A DNA stretch of 63,143 bases, the filler included, from Bacteriovoracaceae bacterium (GTDB lineage Bacteria > Bdellovibrionota > Bacteriovoracia > Bacteriovoracales > Bacteriovoracaceae), in assembly GCA_018649885.1 (NCBI GenBank). It is 4 parts of 4 records of this genome, joined end to end, with 100 filler letters (N's around TTAATTAATTAA, not from the genome) between each part and the next. Parts side by side here need not be neighbours in the genome. Positions count along the whole stretch, not along the records: positions 16,099 to 39,793 come from JABIHA010000010.1; positions 39,894 to 60,695 come from JABIHA010000009.1; 2 more parts are not named here. One strand, 5' to 3'. A program made the translations under genes and the position numbers. The notes under the pieces are model-generated. The model ran no database searches, was not told the origin of the DNA, and worked only from the letters and a program-made list of their open reading frames with translations. Within the stretch, counting starts at the first letter, position 1. Each line of letters starts with the position of its first letter. This document shows, piece after piece, positions 30,880 through 40,490 of this stretch.

Positions 30880-31356
30880 ATGAAAAAACAATTACTCTTT
30901 GTCTTCCTGGCCATAATGGCATTCAAAGTTTGGCATAGTGTAACTCTTGTTTGGGTTTTTCTTTTCCTGGCAGTTATGACTTTTATTAGCAGAAAGAGAA
31001 ATCCTGAAAAAGAATTGAGTGCGAGAATTGAAGAAGACGCTAAAAATCATCACTGCCATATTCCAAGGAATAAACTTGTGAGAAGGAAGCTTGTATTAAT
31101 TTATGCCAAATATTTGAGGACAACAAAAAAGTTTCCTGAAATGAGGCAAACTTATAGTGAATTAATGGATAGTCTTTGGGAGAAATTATCCAGTACATAT
31201 AGTTTGAGTGTGTGGAGAGAAACATTAGAAGACTTGCTTTCTTCTTGGCCAACTCCAGAGCCCATTACTGTGAGCTCTTATGAGGAAAGCCTGGAGAGAA
31301 CAAAGAAACTAAGTGCCTCTTGGAGAGAGTCACGAAATGAAGCTTTTGGAAATTAA
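30880..31356 (+). CDS. Two-TM membrane-anchored hypothetical protein
   Basis: GGAG RBS, N-terminal hydrophobic hairpin, helical cytoplasmic domain. Confidence 0.75.
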   Translation: MKKQLLFVFLAIMAFKVWHSVTLVWVFLFLAVMTFISRKRNPEKELSARIEEDAKNHHCHIPRNKLVRRKLVLIYAKYLRTTKKFPEMRQTYSELMDSLWEKLSSTYSLSVWRETLEDLLSSWPTPEPITVSSYEESLERTKKLSASWRESRNEAFGN

Positions 31357-31390
31357 ATGCCTTGGATTACCAACACAAGGAGTTAGCAAA

Positions 31391-32491
31391 ATGAAGACGA
31401 TTGCAGTTTTAGTGTTATTTTTAAGTTTTTACATCCCTCAGGTAGATGCCTTTTGGGGCGATGACAAAAAAGAAGAAAAAAATGTCAAAGCTCCGGTGAA
31501 AAAGCTAAACAGAGAGGATTTGCTTCAGGATGAGAAGAATACCATTAGCATCTATAAGCAAAATGTAAATTCTGTGGTGAATGTTACAAATATTCAACAC
31601 GCAAGATCATGGGCCTTCGGAAATGTTGAAGAAATTCCAAGGGGAACAGGATCAGGCTATGTCTGGAGTAAAGATGGCCACATTGTTACAAATTACCATG
31701 TAGTTGCCGGAGGACATGCCTTCGTCGTTAACTTCAAAGGTGACAAAAAACAATATTCCGCGGAGGTCGTAGGTATTGAGGCCAGAAAAGACATTGCTGT
31801 TTTAAAGTTAAAAGAGATGCCCAAAAAATTAAATCCAATTGATTTGGGCTCTTCGAAAAACCTCCAAGTTGGTCAAAAAGTACTCGCTATTGGAAATCCA
31901 TTTGGGCTGGATCACAGTATCTCCAAAGGAATTGTATCTGCCACAGGAAGAGTCATGGACGGAGTCGCTGGACTTAAAATTCACGATATGATCCAAACAG
32001 ATGCTGCTATTAATAGAGGAAACTCCGGAGGGCCACTACTTGACTCGAGCGGATCCCTTATAGGAATGAACACTCAAATAATTTCACCATCAGGTGGAAG
32101 CTCAGGTCTTGGATTTGCTGTCCCCGTGGACACAATCGCAAGAATTGTTCCTCAGTTAATTCAATACGGCGAGGTAATCAGGCCCGGACTGGGACTGAAT
32201 CCCTTAAGAGAAGATATAAAGCTAAGATTCTTTGGGAAAGGTGGAGTTGTTATTCAATCAATAGATGAAAGAGGTGCAGCTTACAAAGCCGGTCTTAGAG
32301 GAATGAGCTCGGATGGACGTGGTCGCTACCGCTTGGGTGATATCATTCTTGAGGTCAATGGCATTAAAGTAAATGACAAAGATGGGCTTGTTCACGAGCT
32401 AGACAAATACAAAGTCGGAGAGAAGGTAGAGTTAAAATACCTTCGAAACGAAAAACAAAAGAAAGTCAGAGTTACACTTAAGAAAATTTGA
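31391..32491 (+). CDS. htrA: HtrA/DegP-family serine protease with one PDZ domain
   Basis: TNYHVV, DIAVLK, IQTDAAINRGNSGGPL, PDZ; GGAG RBS and signal peptide support start 31391. Confidence 0.93.
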   Translation: MKTIAVLVLFLSFYIPQVDAFWGDDKKEEKNVKAPVKKLNREDLLQDEKNTISIYKQNVNSVVNVTNIQHARSWAFGNVEEIPRGTGSGYVWSKDGHIVTNYHVVAGGHAFVVNFKGDKKQYSAEVVGIEARKDIAVLKLKEMPKKLNPIDLGSSKNLQVGQKVLAIGNPFGLDHSISKGIVSATGRVMDGVAGLKIHDMIQTDAAINRGNSGGPLLDSSGSLIGMNTQIISPSGGSSGLGFAVPVDTIARIVPQLIQYGEVIRPGLGLNPLREDIKLRFFGKGGVVIQSIDERGAAYKAGLRGMSSDGRGRYRLGDIILEVNGIKVNDKDGLVHELDKYKVGEKVELKYLRNEKQKKVRVTLKKI

Positions 32492-32501
32492 AAGTAAGTG
32501 A

Positions 32502-32538
32502 AGTGAGAAAGCATGGATGACTTTTTCACTAATTTTTT
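32502..32538 (+). terminator. Probable terminator of the psp-htrA operon
   Basis: AGTGAGAAAG..CTTTTTCACT stem followed by T-rich tract. Confidence 0.6.
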
Positions 32539-32574
32539 AGTTACTGGAATTTATAGAAGTTAGCTATACTGATT

Positions 32575-33000
32575 TCAGTTTGGATTAAGAATTTCGTAGC
32601 GGTAGCGATCATGCCAAGCACCTTTAAATTCTTTATCTTTGAGAGAAGTTCCAACTTTTCTCATTCCTAATTTTTCCATGACTTTGTAGGAAGCAGAATT
32701 TTCACAATCACAATTTGCATAAATTAAGGCCAATCCAAGCTGCTCAAAACCAAATTTAAAAATGGTGGAAGCAGCTTCAGTGGCATACCCTAAGTCAGCA
32801 ATCATACTTAGTGCTGAAGTTCTTCTTATGCCTATTCCTCCAATAACTTTACCATCTTCAGGATGGAATACGGCCAAGTCAAATTTATAACGCACGCTTT
32901 CTATGCTTTGCTTAATCATAGCTTCAACAAACTCTTTTGAGTCTTTCCAATCAGAAACAATATGGTCTCTCAGTACTGGCCTTTTAGATTTTAGTTCCAT
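32575..33000 (-). pseudogene. RimJ/RimL-type GNAT acetyltransferase with apparent internal deletions
   Basis: GYATEAA, NSASYKVMEKLGM motifs present; acetyl-CoA loop between the two usual GY motifs missing. Confidence 0.55.
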
Positions 33001-33434
33001 TCTAAAAATATCCCATTATTTTTTGTATATTTTGATACGGGAAGTTTATTCTTTAACCATCCAGACATACCGCCTAAAACGTTTACCGATTTGAAACCAA
33101 ATTTTGTCATTAGCTCCTGAACCCTCAAACTCCGAACCCCTGAGTGGCAATAAATATAATAGGTTTTGGCCTTGTCTAATTTTTTTATCTTCATTTTTAA
33201 TTTTTTATCGTAGGCATTTATTGTGATCGCATTTTTAATGGTACCTGTTTCATTCCACTCAAAAGGTGTCCTTACATCGAGTATTTTCTCAGAAAAACCT
33301 GCAGATGAAGTTATTTCATAAAATTCCATTGAACCTATCTCACGAGCACTATTTGCCCATAACAAAGAGCAGTTAAAAACCATGATAAAAAATAAAACTG
33401 ATTTTTTAAAAAACATCAAGAGTCTCCCAAACAC
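32991..33434 (-). CDS. Exported rhodanese-domain protein
   Basis: LDVRTPFEW, YCHSGVRS, GGMSGW; signal peptide. Confidence 0.9.
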   Translation of the reverse strand: MFGRLLMFFKKSVLFFIMVFNCSLLWANSAREIGSMEFYEITSSAGFSEKILDVRTPFEWNETGTIKNAITINAYDKKLKMKIKKLDKAKTYYIYCHSGVRSLRVQELMTKFGFKSVNVLGGMSGWLKNKLPVSKYTKNNGIFLEWN

Positions 33435-33532
33435 TTAAATCTGATATATCAATAGCAGAGTTTCAAGTTTTTTAAAATGCTACCAGACAAATCACAAAAA
33501 CTGCAAGTCCAATTGAGTGGTGGGTTTTAAGT

Positions 33533-34387
33533 TTAAAGGCTCAATTGTTTTTCAAGAATAGTGGTAAACTTAGCAATTTCTCCGCCGTGAATTACCGATT
33601 TATTGCCGACAATGCTAATAGGCCTTTGTAATTCATATTTTTTTAAGTAGATGATTTTTTTCTCAGGAATTTTGTAGGCCTTTGCCACTCCCAAGGGGAC
33701 AAGACCGTGAGCAAAACCAGAGATAGCACTGGCCGCTACTGCAAAGAATGATTCCATTCCACCCGTAATATTTATTTTGGCTTTTGGTAATTTTCTGAAA
33801 ATTGTTCTCCAAGTTTCTGAATGGATTTCTATTGTGTACACTTCTTCTTTTCTTATGCGAGATAGGTTTGTCTCCACTAGTCCTTTAGGGATGATAACCA
33901 TTGGTTCATAAGCAATAGTTTGAACTTCAAGCTGAGGTGCATCTTCAGCAAGTCCTGAACAAAGTCCGATGTGATATTCACCTGAGTTTATTTTATCTAA
34001 AATAACAGGAGTTCTGTGGGTGTGAATTTCAAAATTTAGTTTAGGACTTTTTTTCCGGGCGAGAAATAAGCTTTTAGCACCCCAAGAGGAAAAAATTGAT
34101 TCTGAAACCCCCATTACTAAATTGTGTTGATATCCTTTTGTCTCAGATTCAAACAATACGCTTCGAAGCTGTGTTAAAAGAGGAGAAACTTGCTTGAGTA
34201 GGTTTTCTCCTTCAGTAGTCAAAACCACGTAGCGGCCTTTTTTGTGCACTAGTTTTTTACCTATTTGAGACTCTAAGCCCGCTAGCCTTTTGCTGATAGC
34301 TGATTGACTGACTCGCAGGTAAGTACCTGCTTTTCCCATGGTTTGATAGCGACTTATGGCCCACAAGGCTTCAATTTGATCGAACAT
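33533..34387 (-). CDS. LysR-family transcriptional regulator
   Basis: TMGKAGTYLRVSQSAISKRLAGLE HTH. Confidence 0.9.
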   Translation of the reverse strand: MFDQIEALWAISRYQTMGKAGTYLRVSQSAISKRLAGLESQIGKKLVHKKGRYVVLTTEGENLLKQVSPLLTQLRSVLFESETKGYQHNLVMGVSESIFSSWGAKSLFLARKKSPKLNFEIHTHRTPVILDKINSGEYHIGLCSGLAEDAPQLEVQTIAYEPMVIIPKGLVETNLSRIRKEEVYTIEIHSETWRTIFRKLPKAKINITGGMESFFAVAASAISGFAHGLVPLGVAKAYKIPEKKIIYLKKYELQRPISIVGNKSVIHGGEIAKFTTILEKQLSL

Positions 34388-34481
34388 AATATATTCCCTT
34401 TTGGAATATATTGTATTCTATCTATTCGTTTTTTTCCAGTGATAAAATAGCCGATAATCACACTAGAACAAGGAGACTACC

Positions 34482-35207
34482 ATGCCCTTTTTAGTGATAT
34501 CAGTTTTTTTTACAAGTGCTTTTTCTGGGACTTTCGGAATGGGAGGAGGCCTTATTCTAATGGGAATTTTGCCAATATTTTATAGTATTCCCCAGGCCAT
34601 GATCGCACATGGGATTATTCAGCTTTGTTCAAATGGCTATAGAGCGTATTTACTTAGATCATTTATTTCCACAAGGTATATTGGCATCTTCTTACTAGGT
34701 AGTTTGATTTCAGCAGTATTTATCTGGCTTCTCAATCCTGTTCCTTCAAAGGCCCAAGTGTATATTCTTTTAGGGATCATCCCCCTTCTTTCAATGAAGG
34801 TAAACTCCACTTCTATTTTTAAAAAGCACCAGCTAGCAGAAGGTGTTGTAATGGGATTTATTTCTACCTCTTGTAATATACTAGGTGGAGCATCTGGACC
34901 AATTATTGACACTAGCCTATACCAATCATCACTTAAACGAAGAGAAATTGTCGCCACGAAATCTTTGTTTTCTTCACTTATCCACATTATGAAAATAGTT
35001 TATTACGCCAAATTTACAACTTTTGATCAATTTGAAATTTCAGAAATTTCAGAAATTTTAATGGTTTTAGTGGCTGTAATTACAGGAACAAAGCTTGGAA
35101 GCTATATATTAAATAGAATAAAAGAAGATCAATTTAGATTGATTGGAGTTAACTTGGTGAGGCTCATGGCTTTGATTTTTGTGGCAAGGGGAGTTTTTTA
35201 TTGGTGA
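34482..35207 (+). CDS. TauE/SafE-family sulfite exporter
   Basis: SGTFGMGGG, GASGP, IVATK; polytopic membrane protein. Confidence 0.85.
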   Translation: MPFLVISVFFTSAFSGTFGMGGGLILMGILPIFYSIPQAMIAHGIIQLCSNGYRAYLLRSFISTRYIGIFLLGSLISAVFIWLLNPVPSKAQVYILLGIIPLLSMKVNSTSIFKKHQLAEGVVMGFISTSCNILGGASGPIIDTSLYQSSLKRREIVATKSLFSSLIHIMKIVYYAKFTTFDQFEISEISEILMVLVAVITGTKLGSYILNRIKEDQFRLIGVNLVRLMALIFVARGVFYW

Positions 35208-36276
35208 TTTTTTTATTCACAGAAAACTCGTTTATCACAGTTGTAAAATGTTCGAATTTTCCATCCATGAGCTTCTTACCCCTAATTCTCCAGTAATAAT
35301 ATCCTGCAGGAAGTGTAAGACTTTCACTTGTTTGGTCAGTAATCTGTCTAACTTTTCTGATATAGGTAAACTCTTTGGTCAAACCTATCTCAAGGTAGAG
35401 ATCTTTTTTCTCTTCTTTTTTTCCTTCAAGCTCCCACTTGAAAAGGTATTTTTTCCCTTTTTTATAATCAAAAACCTCACCATTTTCAGGCTCTAGTAAT
35501 TCGGAATCATTATCGGAGAAGAGATCAACCTGACCAAATGTAATTAATTTGACCACATTACCAGTTACAAATTTGGCGCCTGTAGCAACACCAGATACAA
35601 CCGTCTCAACTCCAACCACAACTCCCTTGGCAACATATCCAACACCTGTTGCAACAGTTTCAACACTCTTTAAAACACCAATGCCTACTATATCTAGGCC
35701 AGGAGGAAGAGCTTCTCCAACCATTTCAACAGGATCTTGTTTTTCCACAACCTTTTTTTCTATGTCTATTGTGGGTTCTTCCGTGGTAATAACTTGGTAT
35801 TGTTCACCGTCAGCTTTTTCAAGTTCTACCAACTTGTTTTTTACTTTGAGTACTAGCTTGCTATCTTTTTCTGCAAATTTAATTGATGCTTTTCCCTTTA
35901 GGATATTTAGCCCTGTCGTATCCTCTTCTTTTTCAACAACAAAGAGAGTGTTTTCTCCTATCAAGACCTCTTCGCCATTATTAAATTTGAGAAGTATTTC
36001 CGAATCAAAGTAGGTGTAAATTTTATCGTCTGCAAATATCTGATCATTTTTCTCAATTTCAACCCAACTTATACCCACTCCACCTTTTTTCTTGGCGGTA
36101 TTTTTTTTATTCATGATGTGTCCAATTTGATCAGATTTTTCACTATATTCAAATTGGTCTTCAATTCTCATATTAAAGAAGACGTGACTACAGTAGATGG
36201 CCACTACTAGCAGAAAAATGATGATGAAATTATCAGCACTAAATAGCTGAATTGAACTTATCTGTTTTTGGTCCAT
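35164..36276 (-). CDS. FecR-like domain membrane protein with C-terminal Fn3-like domain
   Basis: TM, DKIYT..SE..L.F..G..V.IGENTL, G/V-rich insert, YYWRIRG. Confidence 0.7.
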   Translation of the reverse strand: MDQKQISSIQLFSADNFIIIFLLVVAIYCSHVFFNMRIEDQFEYSEKSDQIGHIMNKKNTAKKKGGVGISWVEIEKNDQIFADDKIYTYFDSEILLKFNNGEEVLIGENTLFVVEKEEDTTGLNILKGKASIKFAEKDSKLVLKVKNKLVELEKADGEQYQVITTEEPTIDIEKKVVEKQDPVEMVGEALPPGLDIVGIGVLKSVETVATGVGYVAKGVVVGVETVVSGVATGAKFVTGNVVKLITFGQVDLFSDNDSELLEPENGEVFDYKKGKKYLFKWELEGKKEEKKDLYLEIGLTKEFTYIRKVRQITDQTSESLTLPAGYYYWRIRGKKLMDGKFEHFTTVINEFSVNKKITNKKLPLPQKSKP

Positions 36277-36312
36277 GAATAAATTTTACTGGATAATTGT
36301 TTCTTCATAAAC

Positions 36313-38541
36313 ATGGTAAAATGGTTAAATCTTGATCAAAACTGTTTGGGGCCAGCTATAGAAAAAGTATTTTTTCCTATCAAATTTAAGATCGTCTTTT
36401 TCACTTCATTTATTTTAATAAGTGCTTTCGCCACATATTTAATTTTTGCACTTAATGTATTTAAAGAAGATAAATCGGCCTATATCTTTGAAAATGGACT
36501 CTCTCACGTAAAAAACACTACAGGCAAAATCGATGAAACCATTCAAAGTTCTATCAAAACGATCACTGTGCTTAGTAATGCCTATAATAGGGAACGCCCC
36601 GACCGTGATTTAATTAGGAAAATTTTTGAATTAGATAAAAATCTTGCTTATTTTTCAATATATAGTGGCTCTGAGGAAAAGAAACTCTTAATTGGCATGA
36701 CAAATCGAAATATTCTCAACCTTTTCGAAATCGATTCAGAAGAACTGGACTCTGTAGATTTTCCATTCGATAGTGTCAAGGCAGACAGACCATTTATAAA
36801 ATTTCTAAACCTCAAAGACAATAGTGTTCCACTCGTTTTAATTGGTGGAAAAGACGAACTTCGAAATCATTACTACTTCTCTCTTTTAATGATGGACCCC
36901 ATTGCAAATATTCTAAACAGCAATCGAACATATACTAATTATCTGATTGATAGCCAGGGTCTTAATATTCAATCCGGAGAACCTGCTGCTAATTATATCC
37001 AACAAATTATTAAATCTAAAAAAATTGAAGGTGTTGAGAAAGTTGAAGTAGGTGAAAAGAATCAAATTTTAGTAATCTATCACTATCTTAAAGACTATGG
37101 TCTTTATCAATTCTCTGAGATCTCAGAAAAAAAAGCATTCAGTGCTGCTAATTTTTTAATAAACAAATCGATCCTTTTTGTAATCATTGTTCTTTGTCTT
37201 TCTATAATTATAAGTATTCTCGTCTCAAAAACACTTACAAGACCTCTGGACAAATTGATTCATGGAATTAAAAAAGTCTCAAGTGGGGAGTACAATCTTG
37301 AGCTCCCAGTTTCCACTAGGGATGAGATAGGTCTTGTTTCTACTTCTTTTAATGGAATGTGTAAAAAAATCATAGACTCAATGGGTGAATTAAAAGGTGC
37401 TTATGAGCAAATGACTCAAATGGATAAACTAGCTACACTGGGTGAAATTTCAGCTGGAATAAGCCATGAAATCAATAATCCACTCTCCATTGCAAAGGGA
37501 AATGTTTCATTCACAAAATCAATGATTGAAAAAAGCGATTTAGATACAGGAAATAGAGAAGAGGCCATTCATTATTTACAAAAAGTCGATAAATCACTAT
37601 CAAGAATTAGAGACATTGTAGTGAATATGAAGAAATTCGTTCACAAAAGTGATCATGAAAGGGAGTATTGTAATTTAGCTGATGCAATCAATGAATCAGT
37701 TGAAACAATTATCTATCTCTTTAAAAAAAGTAATGTCAAAGTCACAAAAGAAATAAGCTCTAGTGATATTAAGGCTTTTGTAAATCCCATTAGTCTTGAC
37801 CAAGTTTTAGTAAATTTACTGAAAAATTCCAATGAAGCAATTATCGATGCAAATATAAAAGGTGGAGAAATAATCATCTCACTCGGCGCAAGTGATGATG
37901 GAAAATGGGCAGTGATAAAGATAAAAGACAACGGCCCTGGTATCCCAGAAGACATACAAGATAAAATTTTCGAATCATTTTATACAACCAAAGAGGTTGG
38001 CAAAGGAACAGGGCTTGGTCTTTCACTGGCCAAAAAAATTATCGAAGAAATGAACTTTGGAATTCTTGAGCTAAATAGCCAGTTCGGTGCCGGGACTGAA
38101 TTCACCATTAAACTTCCAACTGCACAAACCAAGACAGTCCCGCTAGACGAAGTGCAAATTACTACTTTCAACCAAAGTCAGGAGTATAAATTTGTATTAG
38201 TGGCCTCTGATATTAACTTAGTTGAAAATTTTGGTGAGTTTACAGAAAAATTCGAGGGAATTAGTCTTGTACTCAACTCATCTGAAGAAATCTTAAATAC
38301 CCTACCAAAGCTCAATTTAGATTTGATCATTGTCGAAAATGAAATAGAAGATGATGGAGTTGAGCTAAGTCGCAAAATTAGAGACTTAGATTACAAAAAG
38401 CATATTATACTATTAACTGACATTGAAAATATTAAAGCATTTAAGCAAGCGAAAGAAAGTGGTGTAGTTAATGACTTTTTGTTAAAGCCACTCAATAAGG
38501 ACCGACTTATAACAAAATTAGATGAGCTGAAAAATGAATAA
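36313..38541 (+). CDS. Hybrid sensor histidine kinase (periplasmic sensor, HAMP, HisKA, HATPase, atypical REC)
   Basis: TRDEIG, SHEINNPL, QVLVNLLKN, DNGPG, GKGTGLGL. Confidence 0.93.
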   Translation: MVKWLNLDQNCLGPAIEKVFFPIKFKIVFFTSFILISAFATYLIFALNVFKEDKSAYIFENGLSHVKNTTGKIDETIQSSIKTITVLSNAYNRERPDRDLIRKIFELDKNLAYFSIYSGSEEKKLLIGMTNRNILNLFEIDSEELDSVDFPFDSVKADRPFIKFLNLKDNSVPLVLIGGKDELRNHYYFSLLMMDPIANILNSNRTYTNYLIDSQGLNIQSGEPAANYIQQIIKSKKIEGVEKVEVGEKNQILVIYHYLKDYGLYQFSEISEKKAFSAANFLINKSILFVIIVLCLSIIISILVSKTLTRPLDKLIHGIKKVSSGEYNLELPVSTRDEIGLVSTSFNGMCKKIIDSMGELKGAYEQMTQMDKLATLGEISAGISHEINNPLSIAKGNVSFTKSMIEKSDLDTGNREEAIHYLQKVDKSLSRIRDIVVNMKKFVHKSDHEREYCNLADAINESVETIIYLFKKSNVKVTKEISSSDIKAFVNPISLDQVLVNLLKNSNEAIIDANIKGGEIIISLGASDDGKWAVIKIKDNGPGIPEDIQDKIFESFYTTKEVGKGTGLGLSLAKKIIEEMNFGILELNSQFGAGTEFTIKLPTAQTKTVPLDEVQITTFNQSQEYKFVLVASDINLVENFGEFTEKFEGISLVLNSSEEILNTLPKLNLDLIIVENEIEDDGVELSRKIRDLDYKKHIILLTDIENIKAFKQAKESGVVNDFLLKPLNKDRLITKLDELKNE

Positions 38542-38953
38542 TAAAAGCTTTAGAACTAGAAATAATTTTAGAATTTTGATTGTCGACGACGAAATAGATC
38601 ACGCCGAAATGATTAAGAAGTATATCGAGACCGGTTTTTCATTTGATGTTGTTCAGGTTGAAACAGACCCTCAAAAAGCTCTTCAACTTCTAATGAACAA
38701 GGTTCAATATGAATTGATCTTCATAGACAATATCATGCCCGAAATTCAAGGGCTCGAGATAATTAAATTCCTTAGAACCCAAGAAGAAAATGATAAACAC
38801 AAAACAAAAATTATCCTTCTGTCAGGATCTCTCGACCATGACATCGTCGAAGAGGCTATTTTATATAGTGTAACCGATATACTAGTCAAACCTGTTTCCG
38901 TTGATAAAATACTTAAAAAAGTCACAGAAACTCTAAAAGATTGGGAAGTTTAG
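38534..38953 (+). CDS. Single-domain response regulator
   Basis: IVDDE, IDNIMP, LSG, VKP. Confidence 0.9.
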   Translation: MNNKSFRTRNNFRILIVDDEIDHAEMIKKYIETGFSFDVVQVETDPQKALQLLMNKVQYELIFIDNIMPEIQGLEIIKFLRTQEENDKHKTKIILLSGSLDHDIVEEAILYSVTDILVKPVSVDKILKKVTETLKDWEV

Positions 38954-38963
38954 TATTACTAAA

Positions 38964-39554
38964 TTAAAAATTCGCCAGTTGTAGACTAAATAGTAGCAAC
39001 CATTGTTCGAGTTCTGAGTAAGTTCTTTTTCCTGAGATATCAAAGTAAAGAAAAGGCATTAGTTCAAATTTTCCACCTAATTCTATTTGAAACCCAATAT
39101 CGTTATCTCTACTAACAATTGAGTTTCCTTGAGTTAGAATAGAGCCTGAGTTGTGTCTAAAAGAGTTCTCAACACTCATTTTTAATCGGTCATACACTCC
39201 GCCAATTCCAAAATAAAATTCTGAGACATAGTAATATCGAATAGATAAATCAAAAGATTTTCCAATGGGTATGTAAGATTTTTCATTATGCCCAGTAGTG
39301 GTCGTACCACTTTCCACAACATTTGGTCGGTATCTAATTCTCTTGAAATTACTGGAAACACTAAAGCTATTATACTTTGCTTCAATGTTTGCATAAAGAC
39401 CAGTTCCATGAAACTCAGAAATAGCATAGGCTTCTTCTAAATTGGCCACATAGACTCCTGAGCCAAAAAAGAACTTTGCCTTTGAATGTGCAAGATTAGG
39501 ATGAGTGAACAATACTACCAGTAATGCTAGTAAAGAATAATAGCGAATTCTCAT
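38964..39554 (-). CDS. Small outer-membrane beta-barrel protein
   Basis: Signal peptide, about eight amphipathic strands, C-terminal Phe. Confidence 0.7.
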   Translation of the reverse strand: MRIRYYSLLALLVVLFTHPNLAHSKAKFFFGSGVYVANLEEAYAISEFHGTGLYANIEAKYNSFSVSSNFKRIRYRPNVVESGTTTTGHNEKSYIPIGKSFDLSIRYYYVSEFYFGIGGVYDRLKMSVENSFRHNSGSILTQGNSIVSRDNDIGFQIELGGKFELMPFLYFDISGKRTYSELEQWLLLFSLQLANF

Positions 39555-39655
39555 GAAAGTCAGTTTGCAATATTATAGATCATATGGACAGAGATTATTG
39601 AAATGGCTTCTAGTTAAAATAGGATTGATATATCAAACAAAGACAACTTAACATG

Positions 39656-39793
39656 CAGTAGTCACGACTTGCGTTTACAAAACGCCCTCAGTCAAAATAA
39701 AATTTCAGTGTCAATTGGTTGAAATTTCCTGCGACATTTCAACTCTATTTTTACTAGCTGCGGGCCATTTTGTTTGACCCTCTTCCTTCTGAG
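39656..39793 (-). mobile_element. End of a multicopy IS-like element (copy 1)
   Basis: 138 bp identical to 60558-60695, both at contig ends; starts CAGTAGTCACGACTT; minus strand carries an ORF tail LRRKRVKQNGPQ..EILF*. Confidence 0.7.
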
Positions 39794-39893
39794 NNNNNNN
39801 NNNNNNNNNNNNNNNNNNNNNNNNNNNNNNNNNNNNNTTAATTAATTAANNNNNNNNNNNNNNNNNNNNNNNNNNNNNNNNNNNNNNNNNNNN
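39794..39893. other. Artificial contig linker
   Basis: N-TTAATTAATTAA-N. Confidence 0.97.
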
Positions 39894-40139
39894 AGTATCT
39901 GCTAGTAACCTTGAATCTGATAAATTTTGTAGTGACAATACTACCTCCCAATTAGAGATAACATACCATTCTGCTCACTTTTATTAAATCAAAAAATCAA
40001 AATCATTCTCTTTTAACAAACTTGCATCCAGCTTCCTAGAAGTCGTCTTGAGCTTTTGCTAAACAAAATCGCCCTCCTTGAAACCAACAAAAAATCACAA
40101 AATCCCAACCACCCACCGACTCATAATCTTCCCCTTTTC

Positions 40140-40372
40140 CATACCAGCAACTACCACAAAAACCAAGATTAGCTATAGCGAGCTGATCAATACAAAACCA
40201 TGCTACTTAAAATCCTATGCCTTGCCTGGGCGGCCCCGATATAGGCGCTCTCCAAACCCCATAAGCTCACCAAACGATCCAGCACCGTGAACGGCCCAAA
40301 CTCCCCCCAGCTTCTACCTGCTAAAACAAACTCCCCTCAGTTTCTACTAGCTAATGCAATCCCCTCAAATTC
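40140..40372 (-). repeat. Inverted copy of the 15.5-kb intergenic repeat plus a 30-bp tandem repeat (40297-40356)
   Basis: GCAACTACCAC and CAGCACCGTGAAC are reverse complements of the 15.5-kb blocks; CAAACTCCCC(C/T)CAG(C/T)TTCTAC..GCTAA occurs twice. Confidence 0.55.
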
Positions 40373-40490
40373 CATCAACCAAAAAGACTCCAGTCAATTT
40401 GGCCTAACTACAACTTTACTAATATCGAGACAGAGAGCTGATCAAACACTAGGCACTATTTGCGTCAGCTAAATATGCTGGGTCTTCTAT

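Noticed and set aside
34450..34457. GCCGATAA sigma-28 -10 match before the TauE gene
   Set aside because: No TAAA -35 at the proper spacing; the divergent LysR explains regulation more simply
40078..40472. 70- and 61-aa Pro-rich ORFs
   Set aside because: Products of the C-rich repeat sequence, with no RBS
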